DNA of 64,000 bases from Octopus vulgaris (GCA_951406725.2 OX597824.1:38006001-38070000); one strand, 5' to 3'. Shown: positions 1 to 14,370, counted from the first letter of the stretch. The notes: a model not told the origin generated them from the letters alone. Made by a program: numbers and translations.

Positions 1-112
1 TGGCTTGCTTGCCTAACCAGCAAAGTGGCGTCATTTGAAGGCTAAAGCAATGCAAAAATGCATTGTGTCCAGCAATGTGTAACAACATCTGATAATCTGG
101 CTGGTTACGTGA
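1..112 (+). mobile_element. 3' part of a tRNA-derived SINE (same tail as the copy at 62626-62921)
   Basis: gtggcgtcatttgaaggc...gcattgtg...aacatctgata...gtgat matches 62810-62921 and runs into (TA)n. Confidence 0.7.
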
Positions 113-1000
113 TATATATATATCTATTCCAATTGATATTTTACAAGGAAGTGAAAGATTGTCTCACTTCATGTCTAATACTGATGAGTGCATAAAGTGC
201 TTAAAATGCTTATATTAGTTCATAGGGGCAGCTCTGAAATGACTTTTGGCAAACCACAGTGAATATAGCCTTTTTACAGGTCAGATATGTCTGAAATATT
301 TGAACTGATTGAAAAGTTTTATTTCACAATGCTTCTTTGCATGCCAATTATTATGTACATAAATGTGTGTGTATATGTATTTATACATATATTTAAGTCT
401 CAACATCAGTGAACTGTAAAAGGAAAAAAGTACAGTGAGAATTTACCTTCAAATCTACATATTTTTATAACATTTAATATTTATGGCACTTTATTGATAA
501 CATTGTTATTGGCAACAAAAGGGTTACAATGAAACGAAGCAAAAAAAAAAGAAAGAAAATACAAACATGGCAATGTTGTTTCATTATGTGTGTTCATTAC
601 AGTTGTTGAGCCAGTTCTTTCAATAGGCTATCACCAACTTCATGCTTAGTTTTGCAATTAGAATCTAATAGTGATTTCAGCTTCCATTTTCCATCAATTG
701 TGCGAGGAAACATGTGACCTCATCTTTCAATTTGTGGCATACTTCATCTTTAGTCCAAGATCAGTATGAGAGAGAGAGAGAGAAAAGGATAGAAGAGTAA
801 AAGAGATGAAGGTGTTTGAACAAATCCTTTTTATTTTATACAGTTTTTGTACATTTAGTTTAGTTTGGAATTACATGACGAAACTTAGCCAATTTGATCT
901 ATTTGGGCCTCTCTTATATAAAGTTTGTTGATGACTGCTATCAATTACTAGTTGAGAAATGATAAGTAAGGAACATTGCACATGTATAATCCTCAAGATA

Positions 1001-1380
1001 TCTTTATATATAAAAGAGAAGTTGTGTGTCTGTCTCCTACGATTTAGATTCCTAACTACTCCCACATTTTGCGGTGCAGTTTAACCAGTTTATCTTATAG
1101 TCGTGATTCATATCGAGCCCTTCTGGGTATTAGCGCGCGTCTACGATGAGTCTACGATTTAAAAAAAAATTTACTATCATTTTTTCCATTTTAATGCATT
1201 TTTTCGTTATTATATAAGGGAAGTAACTCTCTAAAAATGTCTACGATGAGTCAACGATTTAAAAAAAAATTTACCATCATTTTTTTCCTTTTGTAATGCA
1301 TTTTTTGGCTATAACTCTCTAAAAATGCTTATATAGTTATTTCCCTTACAAACCCGAGCAACGCCGGGCGATACTGCTAG
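1001..1380 (+). mobile_element. Non-autonomous Helitron-like element
   Basis: Starts TC(tttatatataaa) after an A, ends CTAG, with a subterminal GC hairpin cccg-agcaacgc-cggg about 12 nt before the end. Internal ~100-bp duplication (gtctacgatgagtc... at 1139 and 1239). CpG-rich relative to its flanks. Confidence 0.7.
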
Positions 1381-3829
1381 GCACTCAATATGACAGTACA
1401 GGCTAATTCCATGTTATTCAGTGAAAATATCCTAATCATCTTTTTCTTCAATGCAATAGTAAATTGATTATGCACTAATTTCGATAAACACTTTTAGTAT
1501 CTGTAGTTCTTGGAATTGCATACTGAAACCATTCTATGGAAGTATTGGGGCAAGTTTTGAAATTTTCATTCCTTCAAACTAGGCAGTCCAAAAAGCATAA
1601 ACACTTTCTTAATAACATGAATATCATGTAAATGACATAAAACTGTCTGCAAAAGTGTATGGGTTTCCAGTTTTGGTATGAATGAGAAGTTTGGATTTCA
1701 TGATCTGAGAATCTTTTACTTGAAACTATTTGATGTTGGCAATTTAAATATCACTACACTTGTATCAGTATAGAATACCTTTGGTGAACCAGCTGTAAAT
1801 ATTGATATCCTTTAGAAGCAGTTATCTACATTATTAATCCAATTCATTGACAATGATATTATAGTGGGTAACTAAAGACATAGCTAAGATTTATCAAAGA
1901 AGAACTTGAATGGATCATAGCTTCAAAGATTTACACTCTTGCACTGGCTTTAAGATCTCACTTGGCAGTAACAAGTGACAATAAGTGGCTGTTGTTTGAG
2001 ATGTAGATTTACCTGGATGAGCTGATAAACCAGCAAGGCAAATTCTAAGACAATTACACGTGTATCTATGTGTATGTTTGTGTGTATGTGTGTTTGTATA
2101 TGTACACGTGTCTGTGTGTCTGCTTATGCATGTGTGCATGTTAAAATACAACTTCTTTTTCAATCCTTTATAATGAAAGAAAACATGTTTATAGATTGAC
2201 TCAACTACTACATTTTGAGCTCCTTGAGTCAACTACAGTCTAAGTTAGCCCTGACTGAACAAACTTGATCAAATATGGTAGGGTTATGTTTTGAGGGCAA
2301 TTGGCTACTATTCTCAGCAGGCTGAGCAATCTGGTTTTTTGGTTTGGTATGAGAAGCAGTGGTAATCTTTGATTGCAATGAGTTGAACTGTAGTTGGTAT
2401 GAACTAGTTTTCATAATGTTAATGCTTTCTACCAAATAGATCATGATGATGTTATTAAAATCAAACCATTTCAGAAATTTATCTGAAAGGCAAATTCATT
2501 GTAATTGCTAACCTCATAAACTTACAAGGGGAATTTTTTTAGATCCATATGATGTGATATTAGCTAAATTGGTTGCCATGACAATTGTAAACACAAAGTA
2601 CAGTAGCAAAAACATTTATTGTTAATCAAGTTTTGTTAGTTCGAATAGTCATAATTTATTATTTCCATGATAATTAACATTCTCACAACAGGAAAATTTA
2701 AGAGAACTGACCTTATCAAAGTGATGACTAAAACTAGATGTGATTAGGTATAATGAAAAGATGGAGATATATTATCAACTATTTAATGACTACATACAAG
2801 ACCAGCACTCTGAACATGCAACATGTTGGTTTGAGTTGAACATGAAATATTGATTAGCAGTATAATAGGTGAACAATTAATATGATGCTTATTCAATTTG
2901 TGTCTTTAAAAAATGTGATCCTCAATTGTAAAACATCAGAGATTTAGGTGAGGAAGTTGTACTTGTTACACTGATCAAATAAGTAGATGCTTCTTCACTT
3001 TTTATACTGTGAAGTTTGATGTCAGCCAACAATTATATTAATAGTTATTTTAGCACTATTAGCTTTTAATTATTGTTCTTAATTCTTTAGTTGCTTGATC
3101 AGCATTGTAGCTGATACTACAAGTTGTTAGGATAAAGTAGTTGAATAGGTATACCACTGGAATATAAACTGCAGGTAATCCATTATAGTTCTGGATTGGA
3201 CAATTAATTCTACACACCCTACTTTCACTTTGCTACAAGGCTTTTCTGAAAATTAAGTAAAATCACATTGTATCTATAAGCTGGCCCCATAAAATCATGT
3301 GGTTTCTTAAAAATTAAATTTGAAAATGTTAAATATTTGGAAAGATTATTTTTGCAAACTGGTAGAATTGCTAAAGAATAATTTTCTTAAACTTTAAAGA
3401 ATGTGCATGCAATGAAATAATACTTTCTAAAGTAATATTTCATGTTATATTGTTAATAGGAAAATGATATAGTGATTCCCAGACTTATTCAGGCTGCCAA
3501 ACCTTTGGAACCAAAACTGAAGTGAAGCAGAGATGTGTATTATTATTGATGATCTTGTTGGTGGTGACTAACTGGATAATACAGTTACACAGGCCAGTAC
3601 AGTGGTTATGTGGTGGTGGGCACAAAAGCAGGTGCAAGAGGATCTAGAATTGGTGGACAACATTTATGTAATGTTCTAGAATATTCATGATGTGCAGAAA
3701 AAGACAGAAAGCTAACAGAGATTGCAGTAAAAACCAGATTTAACTTTGGAGAGACATGAAGATTCAAAATGGTGATCTTGGCTGTTGATATGGTCAATAA
3801 TCATGTTGACTAAAGAGAAGTGTTTAATG

Positions 3830-4330
3830 TATCTTGGAAATGTGGTGTTGGAGTTTTAGAGGAGGATGATGAAGTACGACTTAAGAAAATGAGTCAAGCC
3901 TTCAGTATTTTAAAAATTGTCTGGAAAGGAAGGGCTTTGTCCAAACAGTAAGTTGAGGATTTTTGGTTGCAATGTCAAACCTATTCTGATACGAGAAGCG
4001 GTCATGAACAGGTGCCTCAGAAATATCTAAAACATCAGATATTAGAAAATATGATATGAACAAAGGCCTCTCTACCAAAACCAAGCTGAAACCCCCCAAC
4101 CAACAAATAGGAAGGCATTAATCGGGATTAGTAAATGAGATGTTACAAGGACAAAAGGGTTTTTGATAAGGCAAGCCCTAGACTGGAGTCCAGAGAGAAA
4201 AAGAAAGGGATGTTGTTATACAAGGATCATCTTGCAGAGATTAACAGGAGGAAGTGAAAGTAACAATTTACATGGGTGGTGGAAAATGCTTAATTCAGAA
4301 TAGATGAGATTAGTATGGAAAGTGTGTTTT
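3830..4330 (+). mobile_element. Decayed RTE-clade LINE 3' ORF fragment
   Basis: Interrupted translation gives KLRIFGCNVKPILI and RQALDWSPERKRK, resembling the RTE C-terminal motifs KLRIFNSNVKSVLLY and RQALDWNPQGKRK. Confidence 0.55.
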
Positions 4331-5202
4331 GCTATGAATGCAAACAGATCATAATGATACTCACTGAAATGTCATGTGCCTGAAGTCAAAGTAACTTAGC
4401 ACACATAATTATTAGGTATTAAATATTATAAATCTTTCTACAGACATTGTACAGCAATAAGTTTAAAAATAAAAGCAAAGTAGATTTTTACTTTCATATT
4501 AAAAGAAAGAAAAAGTTAAATATATTGGATGAGATATATTGGATGTGACATGAAATTATAATTGTTTTGCAATTATACTCTGTAACATTATGAAAGTTGA
4601 ATTAATTTTTTATGTAGCTTCATCAGTTGAAGAAAACATTCCTTTTCTGTGCCATTAATAGTTTGAAGCAATCTCGAGCCTCAGGTGACATAAAGATCAC
4701 CCTGCTGATTTCTAATCTTGGACAATGTTAAACCGACTTCTTTTTTTGAACTAGTTTGTTTAATTGACCTCATATCTTATTGATATTCTGTGATCTTTAT
4801 TAAATGCTTTGATCTTAAGTTCAAATGATTGTAGGTATGTATTTGTGTCTAGTTCTGTATGTATGTGCATGTATGTATAGTGTGTGTGTGTGTATTTAGC
4901 CTCAATTTGTGTTCATGCCTCAATTTAACTAGCTGTTAATTAAGAATATGTATTTGATCAGGAAGATGTTTTATCCATAGGGAGATTTATTTTTCATTCA
5001 CTGAACACCATAAAATTACAACTAAACCCTTAGGAACCTCTCAAGGCCTTTGAAGACATGATTTAAGAAAATATAAAATAATTACAAAATAAATATCAAA
5101 TCATAAATTACATTTTTAGTTTTCTGCTATGAAATCAAGAAATTATTTCATAATCGTAACTCAGAGCCATTATAATACGAGCGATCTGGCTTTAAAATTT
5201 GA

Positions 5203-5812
5203 TTAACCCTTTAGCATTCAGATTATTTTGTCAAATGTATTGCTTATTTATTCACATTGTTTTGAATTCATCATACATTATCTCATAGCTTTGAAATTTT
5301 GATGATACTCTCTTTTTTTCACTCTTTTACTTGTTTCAGTCATTTGACTGTGGCCATGCTGGAGCACTGCCTTTAGTTGAGCAAATCGACCCTGGGACTT
5401 ATTCTTTGTAAACCCAGTACTTATTCTATTGGTCTCTTTTGCCGAACTGCTAAGTGACGGGGATGTAAACACACCAGCATTGTCAAGCAATGCTAGGGAG
5501 ACAGACACACACACACACATATATATATATACATATATACAACAGGTTTCTTTCAGTTTCTGTCTACCAAATCCACTCACAAGGCATTGGTCGGCCAGGG
5601 CTATAGCAGAAGACACTTGCCCAAGATGCCACGCAGTGGGACTGAATCCGGAACCATGTGGTTGGTTAGCAAGCTACTTACCACACAGCCACTCCTATAT
5701 TTTTAAAATGACATTGTAAGATAGGTGAGATAAACCAGATCTGTCCGGTTTGAACATAAAACTGGTAGAATATTTGGGCTACATATGGTCGGCATAAATA
5801 CTAAAGGGTTAA
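5203..5812. mobile_element. TTAA-flanked (piggyBac-type) MITE interrupted by a SINE
   Basis: ttaa-ccctttagcatt ... aatactaaaggg-ttaa termini. Related copies in the opposite orientation at ~29419-29630 and ~61300-61475. Confidence 0.7.
5320..5697 (-). mobile_element. tRNA-derived SINE, family A (central TA/TG microsatellite)
   Basis: Reverse complement of the copies at 14143 and 17568; head ggagtggctgtgtggtaagtagcttgc...ggttccggattcagtccc. Confidence 0.9.
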
Positions 5813-7396
5813 AGAATCTGAATTCTTGTCCCTTAACAAGATTCATAATTGTTACTTCCTGGATTTGCTTTAAATAATATCTTAACATTACATTAGTTTG
5901 TTTCTTATAGAAATGTGATGTTTCAATTCCAATGAATCTTGTAACTTTGTAATGTCTGATCTCCTGAAATAATCTGATTTCTTTTTTATTGTCACTCTTC
6001 TTGTTGGTTTCTGTCTTAATAGAGCACGCCTTGCAGATTTCACTGAAGGTATAATCAGCCTTTTATTGGTTTCTCCCTTAAATCATACCGTATCTTTTTT
6101 TTTTTTAATGGCTACTTATTTCCAATTTAACACTTTCCTTTCTGATGAATTTTGAGATGGTGGTTTGGGATTGATCAGTCTTTAGTTTTATGTTAGTAAA
6201 GACAAGAACAGCTGTAGTTGTCCATGTCATGATCATCCTAGTTTTTTTTTTTTTTTGTCCTCAGCTGGTCTGCTTGAATTTGTATTTGATATCTTGGCAT
6301 TGCATTATATTAATTGCCAAGACATTTAACCCTGCTAGTATACTCCACTTTGCAGTATAGTATATCTGTGTAGTGCAATGCATCCACTCTGTAATTGTCA
6401 AGAGTATTTCCTTGACTTACAGGACTGAATTAAAATTCTGTCGTGAGTACAGTTTACAAAAGCATTCTTGTAAGACCCAGTAATTATCCAGTGTTAAATG
6501 AGGTAAAGTTACGTGGTGAAATATACTATTTTAATTTCTCTATTCCTAGTTTTTGTATATCTTGCTACTTCTTTGCTTTCACTCCTACTCATCTCTTGGC
6601 ATTATCCTAGTCTTTCACTCTTATGTATCTTCAGTGATAAATGTATAATAGGATATAGACAAATTTTATTATCCTGTTCTTGATTGCTGATTTAGTTATT
6701 GCTTAAAATGGATTTAATACTGAGCTCTTTCTGATTCACTTTTGTATTAATCTGTCTTTGACCTTTTCTGTCAAAGCATGCATATTGGTCTGGCAAACTG
6801 ATTACTCTGCAGATCTTGTAATAATAGTGTAGCAGTTATTTTAAGCTATATTAAAAACAAACCAACAAAAAAAATTTCTTAACGCGTTCTTAAAAAATAT
6901 TTTTTAGTTATTTGTATTTTCTGTCTCTGTGACATTAGAAGTTGAGTTAAAAGACATTTTCGTAATTTTCTAATGATGTGAATATAAATTCTTTGAGAAC
7001 TTACAACACTAATTAAAAACTCTTATGTTAAAAAAAATTGTATCAAAAGCTTTCATTAGAGTGTACTTTTTGTTAATGAATATTGAAGACAACAGAAATT
7101 GACCTTGCGTAGGTTTTGTTTATAAAAAGTTTGGCAACAGATGTTGAATTACACATGAAAATGATAATTAGAGCCGTACATTTTACCCCATAAATCTTTT
7201 CAAAATTTACTTTTTCTCTTCATTATTTCTTTACATTTTTATCAACATACAATCAAAATTTAAAAAGAAAAAATTAAAATTAAACAATTTTTTAGTAATA
7301 TTATATCCTTTTTTTTTTTAAATGGCATTTCGTAATGTAAATGTTTGTTGTATACAGATTTAACATCAATAGGTGCAGTAAAATAACTTAGAAATC

Positions 7397-7604
7397 TTAA
7401 CCCTTAGGAGATGACAGGACCAATCTATCAATTGAATAATGAAAATTCTATTAGTTCATTCAATTTTCTGCAAGAATGCATATAGTTTTATATATGTAAA
7501 TTAATTTTTTTTTAATAAGTGTATGACCTCTGTAAGGCTTGTGGAAAGGGCTCCTCTGTCTTGGCACTGAAACTCCAAAGGAGGTTCCGTCTCCAAAGGG
7601 TTAA
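7397..7604. mobile_element. TTAA-flanked MITE
   Basis: ttaa-cccttaggagatg ... cgtctccaaaggg-ttaa imperfect terminal inverted repeats. Confidence 0.6.
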
Positions 7605-7661
7605 TTAGCAGTTTTCAGTGTAGACATTTTCTAAGTAATTTACATGATTCTCTTGATTAAA

Positions 7662-7875
7662 ATGGCGAGTTGGCAGAATTGCTAGCATGCCATGCAAAAT
7701 GCTTACTAGCAGTACTTCCATCTTTACATTCTGAGTTCAAATTCCACTGAGGTCACATTTGCCTTTTATCTTTTTGGGATGGATAAAATAAGTAGCAGTT
7801 GAGTACTGGGGGTGATATAATCAACAAGTCCCCTTCCCCAAAATTGCTGGCCTTGTGCCAAACTTTGAAACTAAT
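7662..7875 (+). mobile_element. SINE family B, diverged copy
   Basis: ggcgagttggcagaattgctagca...ctgagttcaaattcc...ataaaataagtagcagtt matches 30240-30475. Confidence 0.8.
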
Positions 7876-8946
7876 TTACATGTTTCTCTTGATGTTCTTG
7901 TTTCAGTTGTGTTGGTGAAGAGCAGCTTCTAATAATAAAAAAAAATTGACATTAATATGGCATCAACAACCAAGCGATTTTGCTTTCACTTAACCAGTTA
8001 ATTTTGTTAAAAAAATAGATCTAATAAAAGGTGCAGAGTAATTGTTGCAAGCATTGAGAACTTTGTTTAGCACTTTGATGGTTTTTATCCTTGGGTAGCA
8101 ACTGTTATTTCCTATTTGCTTAACCTTATAAAGTAATGAAAATGGCTAATATTTCCTTCAATCTCCGTTTTTCTTACATTTATTCAAACTCCGAAGAATC
8201 CCTCTCAACACATGGCTATGCTTTTCCTCCCGCTAATCTTGTCCATGATCAGTGATGCACATATTGTCAGCCACTAAGGGACATGCTCAAGTGGTTATGA
8301 TCAAGCTACTGACAAACAAACCTGTGGTATTGAGCAGAATATTTGCTATAACGATATTTCTGCTTCAGCTGCTCAGTGCTAAATCTGTCTGAAATGTAAT
8401 GGAAAATAGGTCAGTTTGAAAACATTGATGTCCAGGTGGCAAAAATGAAGTTTGAAGGGAATTGTCATTTCCTTTGATTTCTTGATAGAAGCAAATAGGA
8501 AATAACACTTTCCGACCAAAGACAAAAACAGTGAATAAATGAAAAAATGTTGTTACAATGATGCAGAATTTTAAGTGCTGAGTTCAAATTCTCTTTTGAG
8601 TATTGTTTTGGAAAGAATGGGGCAAGTTGATTTCTTTGATTTCATGGAAAGAACTTGACTCAACACATTCTCCTCTGGTGACAGTTGGGAAGAATCAATT
8701 CAGTTCCTTCAAATTTTGGGTTCTAACCTGACTTGCTCTACATAGACTACATAATGATGACACATCCACTGGTGTCTCAATGACCTGTCCCATCCTTATC
8801 CGGTTGTTTCATGGTCATTATGTAAAGCTGACAAGTCTGAACAGTAAATTATAGGGTTAAACATAACGAAAGGGTCTTGTTTCTGTCAGTGTTTTTTGTT
8901 TTATCTATTTTTCAATATTGGTCATACTCTGCATTTTATTTTGCAG

Positions 8947-9054
8947 CTACTGGTGAAGAGGTGGAAATGGATTTACCAAGAAATGAGGTTTTAACTGATG
9001 CAGAAGTGGGTTGTAGTGACTTACCTGTTGTTAATGCAACTAGTCCTGACGTTG
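8947..9054 (+). CDS. Probable upstream coding exon of the EML/EMAP gene (acidic N-terminal extension)
   Basis: Acceptor ttttattttgcag, donor G|gtgagt, 108 nt, phase 1-1. Open frame TGEEVEMDLPRNEVLTDAEVGCSDLPVVNATSPDV joins in frame to exon 48298 (G+AT=Asp). No homology recognised. Confidence 0.6.
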
Positions 9055-10449
9055 GTGAGTTTTCTGTTATTGTTTTGGTAGTTATTTTTACGACGTTACA
9101 TGTGAATGAAGAGAAGAACAGTTTATTTGTATATAAATATATATATATCACATTGTATGTACACTATAAACTAGTAATGCCCAATATGACAATGTTATCT
9201 GTCAAGTTAACAAATAAAATCTTTAATTTTTGTTTGTCAGTCCTACCTTATTAATGTCAGAGATACAGTTAAAGTATAAAAAATATTAAAAATTGAGTTC
9301 AAAGTAGCTTATATTTCAGCCATTTTGAATTCTAATAAGAAGTGGGTTTTAGTCTTGAGTTTTGTTTTTTAATTATAAAAGTATCTAAATCTGTTTTTGT
9401 TTTTTAGCCTTATCACAGTGAAAACACTAGTTCTCATCAGAAAATCAAATTTAAACAATATTGAATCTAAGTTATTATTAAAATGGGTGGCCACATCAGA
9501 AACCTAGGTACCATAAGCACATTCAATTTTGGGAGGTAGACTTAATGCTTCATTTACTTTAGCAAAACCATCTCTGAGTTGTGTGTGTGTGCCTTTAACA
9601 AAATTAACTCTGTTGCATACATCCTGATTAAGGTTTTAGGATGAGCCCTTCCTTTTACCCACCAGTTTTGAAGTCCCTGGAAAAATAAAGGCACTGATTT
9701 TAAACAATGCAAAAAAAATAAATTTAAACTTTTTGTTGGCAACATCAACTATTTATGATACTTTCAAATAAGAGAACTTATATTTGGACTAAATGAAGTT
9801 AATTTTCTATGTTTATTTTTATCCCTGAAAAAAAGCCTAGTGTCTTCAACATTTTCTATGTTGTTGATTTGGTTTTATTTCAAGGTTTACAAACTCACCT
9901 AAATTTCTTTCAACATTTAAACATCTGTCTCAATAGCTTGCACTTCTCTTCAGAACCTCCTTCAAATTGGTTATCTTCCAGTATTGTGTCAACTCTCAGG
10001 TTCTGCTCATTCCTCTCTCATATATAAACAAGTTAATTTGCCAAAGCTATGATGTGTTAATTCAAAATACAATTAAACCATGCTGAAATTCATTCATAAA
10101 CTAGAAATGGTAGAAGAAGAAATCAATTTTTGTTTGCACTTCGAGATTGTGCCCACAATATTCAACCTCTGTAGCATCAGTAATTATGATTTTGCTGTTT
10201 TCACTTTAGAATGAATTCAGGTTGAAAGCTTAAAGCAAAAGCTTGAATGGGTAATTTCAGTGAGAGATGTATGGAGCAAGTGAAGCATTAAACATGGGAA
10301 TATGTTAAAGTTAAGTATTCTAAATTAAGGGATTGTTTTTTAAACAAGGGATATCTGTAAGTTTCTTTAATATTTCTCAGATATTTCAAAGATATGAAAA
10401 ATATTTCCAATACAATGATGCCAACACTCCTATCTTCATTCCTTAAAGG

Positions 10450-11760
10450 CAGTGACCCAGATGGCTACAGTCTGGTCTCTGAAAGCAGGGAAGTAACTGA
10501 ATAAAAACATGGACAATAAACAAGTGATAAGGATTATGCAAATCACTCCCTAACAAATTAATGCTCTTGAGAGAAGAAACTACATATGTATCAAATAGAC
10601 TGGCCAGGTTATGAAAGTTACTGAAAGAGTTATGGCACAACTGATTCAGAAGAGAATTAACTGAGATAAGGTGCAGTTCAGCTTTGTTCCAAGAATAGGT
10701 GCTACTGATGACCCCTTTTCCTAGTGATACAACTGCAGAAAAAGCACTCGGCTATGAGTGAGTTAATGTACTTAGCATTTGTTGACTTGGAGAAAGCCTT
10801 TGACAGAATTCCATGCTCAGTAATCTGGTGGTTGTTAAGGAAACTAGGTGTAGCTGAAAGGATTTCCAGGAATGTACATCCTATATACAAAGTTGCAACA
10901 AAGCGATAGAAATAAATACTGCAAGTTTAGTGTGCCAGCTGAGCCACAGTCCTGAGTGCCACTTTGTTCATTATAGTCCTTCAAGTTGTGACATGGGAGT
11001 TTAAGAATAGTTGTCCTTGGACACTCCTTTATATTGATTACTGAGTTCTAGCAGCTAAATATATAGTCTAATAAAAGCAATTTTGGATATGGAAACAGAA
11101 TTTGGAATAGAGGTCCCAAAGTAAATTTAGCAATGACTAATGTTTTAAGTAAAGGGGAGAGATAATACCCTCCAACCATCAGAAAATGGCCTTGCTTGAT
11201 GGGCTGAGAAAGGAATGAAATTTCCTGACAGCATACTCAGTATAAACTATGGCACACTTCATTTGTGGAAAATGTACAGATATACTAAACACTAAAAACT
11301 CATGGGGAAACATTCTCTCAAATATCCAGAAGGTTCCTTATAAGAAACAAGTAGTTTTGTGTGAGTGACCTAATTAGCTGTTGAGGTGGGCAAACTGAAA
11401 GCATAGAAACCAGTGTAAGAAACAGGTTGGTAAAGTTCAGGGAGCTATTACCACTGCTTTCAGAGTGAAAGGCAAATTGCATAATGCTTACTAGCGTATG
11501 AAGTGCAGCACTATATGGTAGCATGATCTAGGCCTTAAATAATATGAAGACAAGAAAAACAACGAAGTATAATTTGTTGTGTAATGTTAGTGCGCATGAA
11601 CAATAAAGTCCAAAAGAGCTAAAAGAAAATGTGGACATAGGAGCGAGATATGTGGGAGGGAGAGAACTGTGTTGGTATGGGCTTGGTTGCAGCTCACAAA
11701 GGAAATGGCAGAACAGTGATAATTGGTGATGCATGTTAAAGACCTACTCACTCATGCAAG
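10450..11760 (+). mobile_element. Decayed RTE-type LINE reverse transcriptase fragment
   Basis: ORF 10724-10909 contains YLAFVDLEKAFDRIPCSVIWWLLRKLGV (non-LTR RT motif FVDLEKAFD). Surrounding frames are broken by stops and frameshifts. Confidence 0.85.
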
Positions 11761-12214
11761 CTTGGTAAAATATGTTAAAATGAGAATAATGATGGAAGCT
11801 AGAATGTATAATGTTATGCTGCACCTAGGCATGTCTTTGACTTTGTATTGTCTAAGTTAGCATTTGGTGCCCCTCTTGCATATTCCAACCACCTCATCTC
11901 TCTATCATACTCTCTCCCATTCACTATACCATGTAATGTGGGAAAACATTAGATCTGTCCATACAGTTTCCCCATACTATCATCTGTATCTTTCTCCTCT
12001 GTCTACCATATTGATGTCTGACTTATGAAGGATTATATTGGACTTGTTGTTATCTTATACACCATTTCCTCTCCCTCAGGTTACTCTTTAATAGTCATCC
12101 ACTACTGTCTTATTACAATCTTGAGTATTCATCATACATATTCTCTCTTACTAGCCAACTTTACCCTCCTTTTTCTGCTAGCCACCTCTCCCTGAAGCCA
12201 CTTGCTTTTGATGA

Positions 12215-12625
12215 CTGGCATCCGTGCTAGTGGAGCACTAAGAGCACCATCCGAGCATGATCGTTGCCAGAGCAGCTAACTGGCTTCTGTGCTGGTGGAA
12301 TGTAAAAAGCACCATTCGAGCGTGATTGTTACCAGCATTGCCTTACTGGCACTTGTTCCAGTGGCACGTGAAAAAACATTCGAGCAAGGTTGTTGCCAGT
12401 GCTGCTGGACTGGCTCCTGTGCAGGTGGCATGTAAAAAACACCATTTGAGCATGGCCATTGCCAGTACCACCTGACTGGCCCTCGTGCCGGTGGCATGTA
12501 AAAGCACCCACTACACTTTCGGAGTGGTTGGCATTAGGAAGGGCATCCAGCTGTAGAAATTCTGCCAGATCAAGATTGGAGCCTGGTGCAGCCAGCATGG
12601 AAAGCAGATGTTAAATGATGATGAT
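12215..12625 (+). mobile_element. Retroposon family C (RTE-associated 3' end with internal tandem units and (GAT)n tail)
   Basis: Repeated gtggca(c/t)gtaaaaagcacc units, then ggagtggttggcattaggaagggcatccagctgtagaaa ... ttaaatgatgatgat. Confidence 0.85.
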
Positions 12626-13319
12626 ACGCTTTCCCATCATGGATCATTTCTTTGATAGTACTGTTTTTTCTCTTACCCGTGAATATGTAACTTCAATTAG
12701 TCTCTCTCACATTACACCTTGCCACTACTCCTTCTGCCACTGTCTATCTCACTCCTCTCTTCCCTTTCTCACAGTCACTCCAATCAGTTTGTTTCCTCCA
12801 TCATACTCTCTCTCTACTGAATTTGCTCTCACTTATTAATTTTATTAGTCATGTTGCCCTCTAAATGAATGCAGACATTAAATAGTGAGGACATTTTTTT
12901 CTTGTTGAATATAAGGTAACCTCACTTGTGCTGGTGCTATGAAAAGATGCTCTTAGCACACTCAGTAAAGTATTTGGGTGAAGGCATTCAGTCATGGATG
13001 CTATGCCAAAAATAAACATACAAGTGATATATTGTCCTCTGGCTTACCTTGGACAGTAACTTTGAATGAGAACTGACTTGACCAATCTATACCAGCATGG
13101 AAAGCAGATATAAAATGATAATTAAATTTGTATATAAGAATATTTAGTTTTGTCATAAAATTGTGGTCTTCCATCTGTTGAATGTATACTCTTATTCTCA
13201 TTAATTGTAATCTCCATTTTATTTTATTTCAAAATTAAAATCTCTTAAAATAAATTGTCACAAACTAATTTGGTTCCAAGGTGTTCTTTTAGAAATACTT
13301 CAAGAATGATGCAGATGTT

Positions 13320-13528
13320 TATTTCTTTATTGCCCACAGGAGGCTAAACAGAGGGGATAGACAAAGGGATTGTCGATTACATTGACCCCGGTGCCTAACT
13401 GGTATTTATTTAATCGATCCCGAAAGGATGAAAGGCAAAGTTGATCTCGGCTAAATTTGAACACAGAACGTAACAGCAGCATAAATACCACTAAGCATTT
13501 TGCCCACCGTGCTAACGATTCTGCCAGC
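13320..13528 (-). mobile_element. SINE family B
   Basis: Reverse complement of 30240-30475 (cccgaaaggatgaaaggcaaag). Confidence 0.85.
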
Positions 13529-13964
13529 TTATGTAATGTTGGCATTATGTAGTTGGCAAATATGAAATGTTGAATGTGTTCTAGTAATTGCAGAGAGTAA
13601 TTCAGTACCAGAAAGTAAAAGCAGTTGTGTTCATAATTGCAGGGGGAAAACCATTTAGCTTTTTAGTAATTAAAGATGCTGAATTTATTTTTATAAAATT
13701 CAGACATCAAATCAATGATGTTTCTCTAACTTGAATAAAGTCTTTATTTTAATTAATAATTTGTATTATAATTGGTTTCTAGACTAGAATTACAACTCAG
13801 ACGTTGTTCTGCACCCATCCACATTAGTTTCTTGTCTGCTTTCAAAGCAAAATAAAAAAGTATTTGATTGAGACTAATGTTTGGACCTTTGGTAGAACTG
13901 TACCTATAGCAAAGACACCCAGTCTCTCAGACTGTAGCTATAAGAACTTCTCAATACTTCAAGC

Positions 13965-14326
13965 TAGTGGTTCACAACCAGGGTCCATATGAACCTTGGG
14001 GCTCCATTTAAGATTTTACTGTTAAAATTTATGTGCAATAAATTGGTTATAGTTCTCCAATACATGAAATATTTTAATTTCTTTTAATACAATTCCTAAT
14101 AATATTTAATTCTAAGAATATAATAGGATTTTTTAAACATTTAGGCATGGGAGTGGCTGTGTGGTAAGTAACTTGCTTACAAACTACATGGTTCCGGGTT
14201 CAGTCCCACTTCGTTGCACTTTGGGCAAGTGTCTTCTACTATAGCCTCGGGCCGACCAAAGCCTTTTGAGTGGATTTGGTAGACAGAAACTGAAAGAAGC
14301 CCATCGTATGTATGTATGTATATATA

Positions 14327-14370
<44 letters not shown>

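Noticed and set aside
1500-3500. Possible old transposase-like coding relic
   Set aside because: No motif could be read with confidence. A frameshift-aware translated search would be needed.
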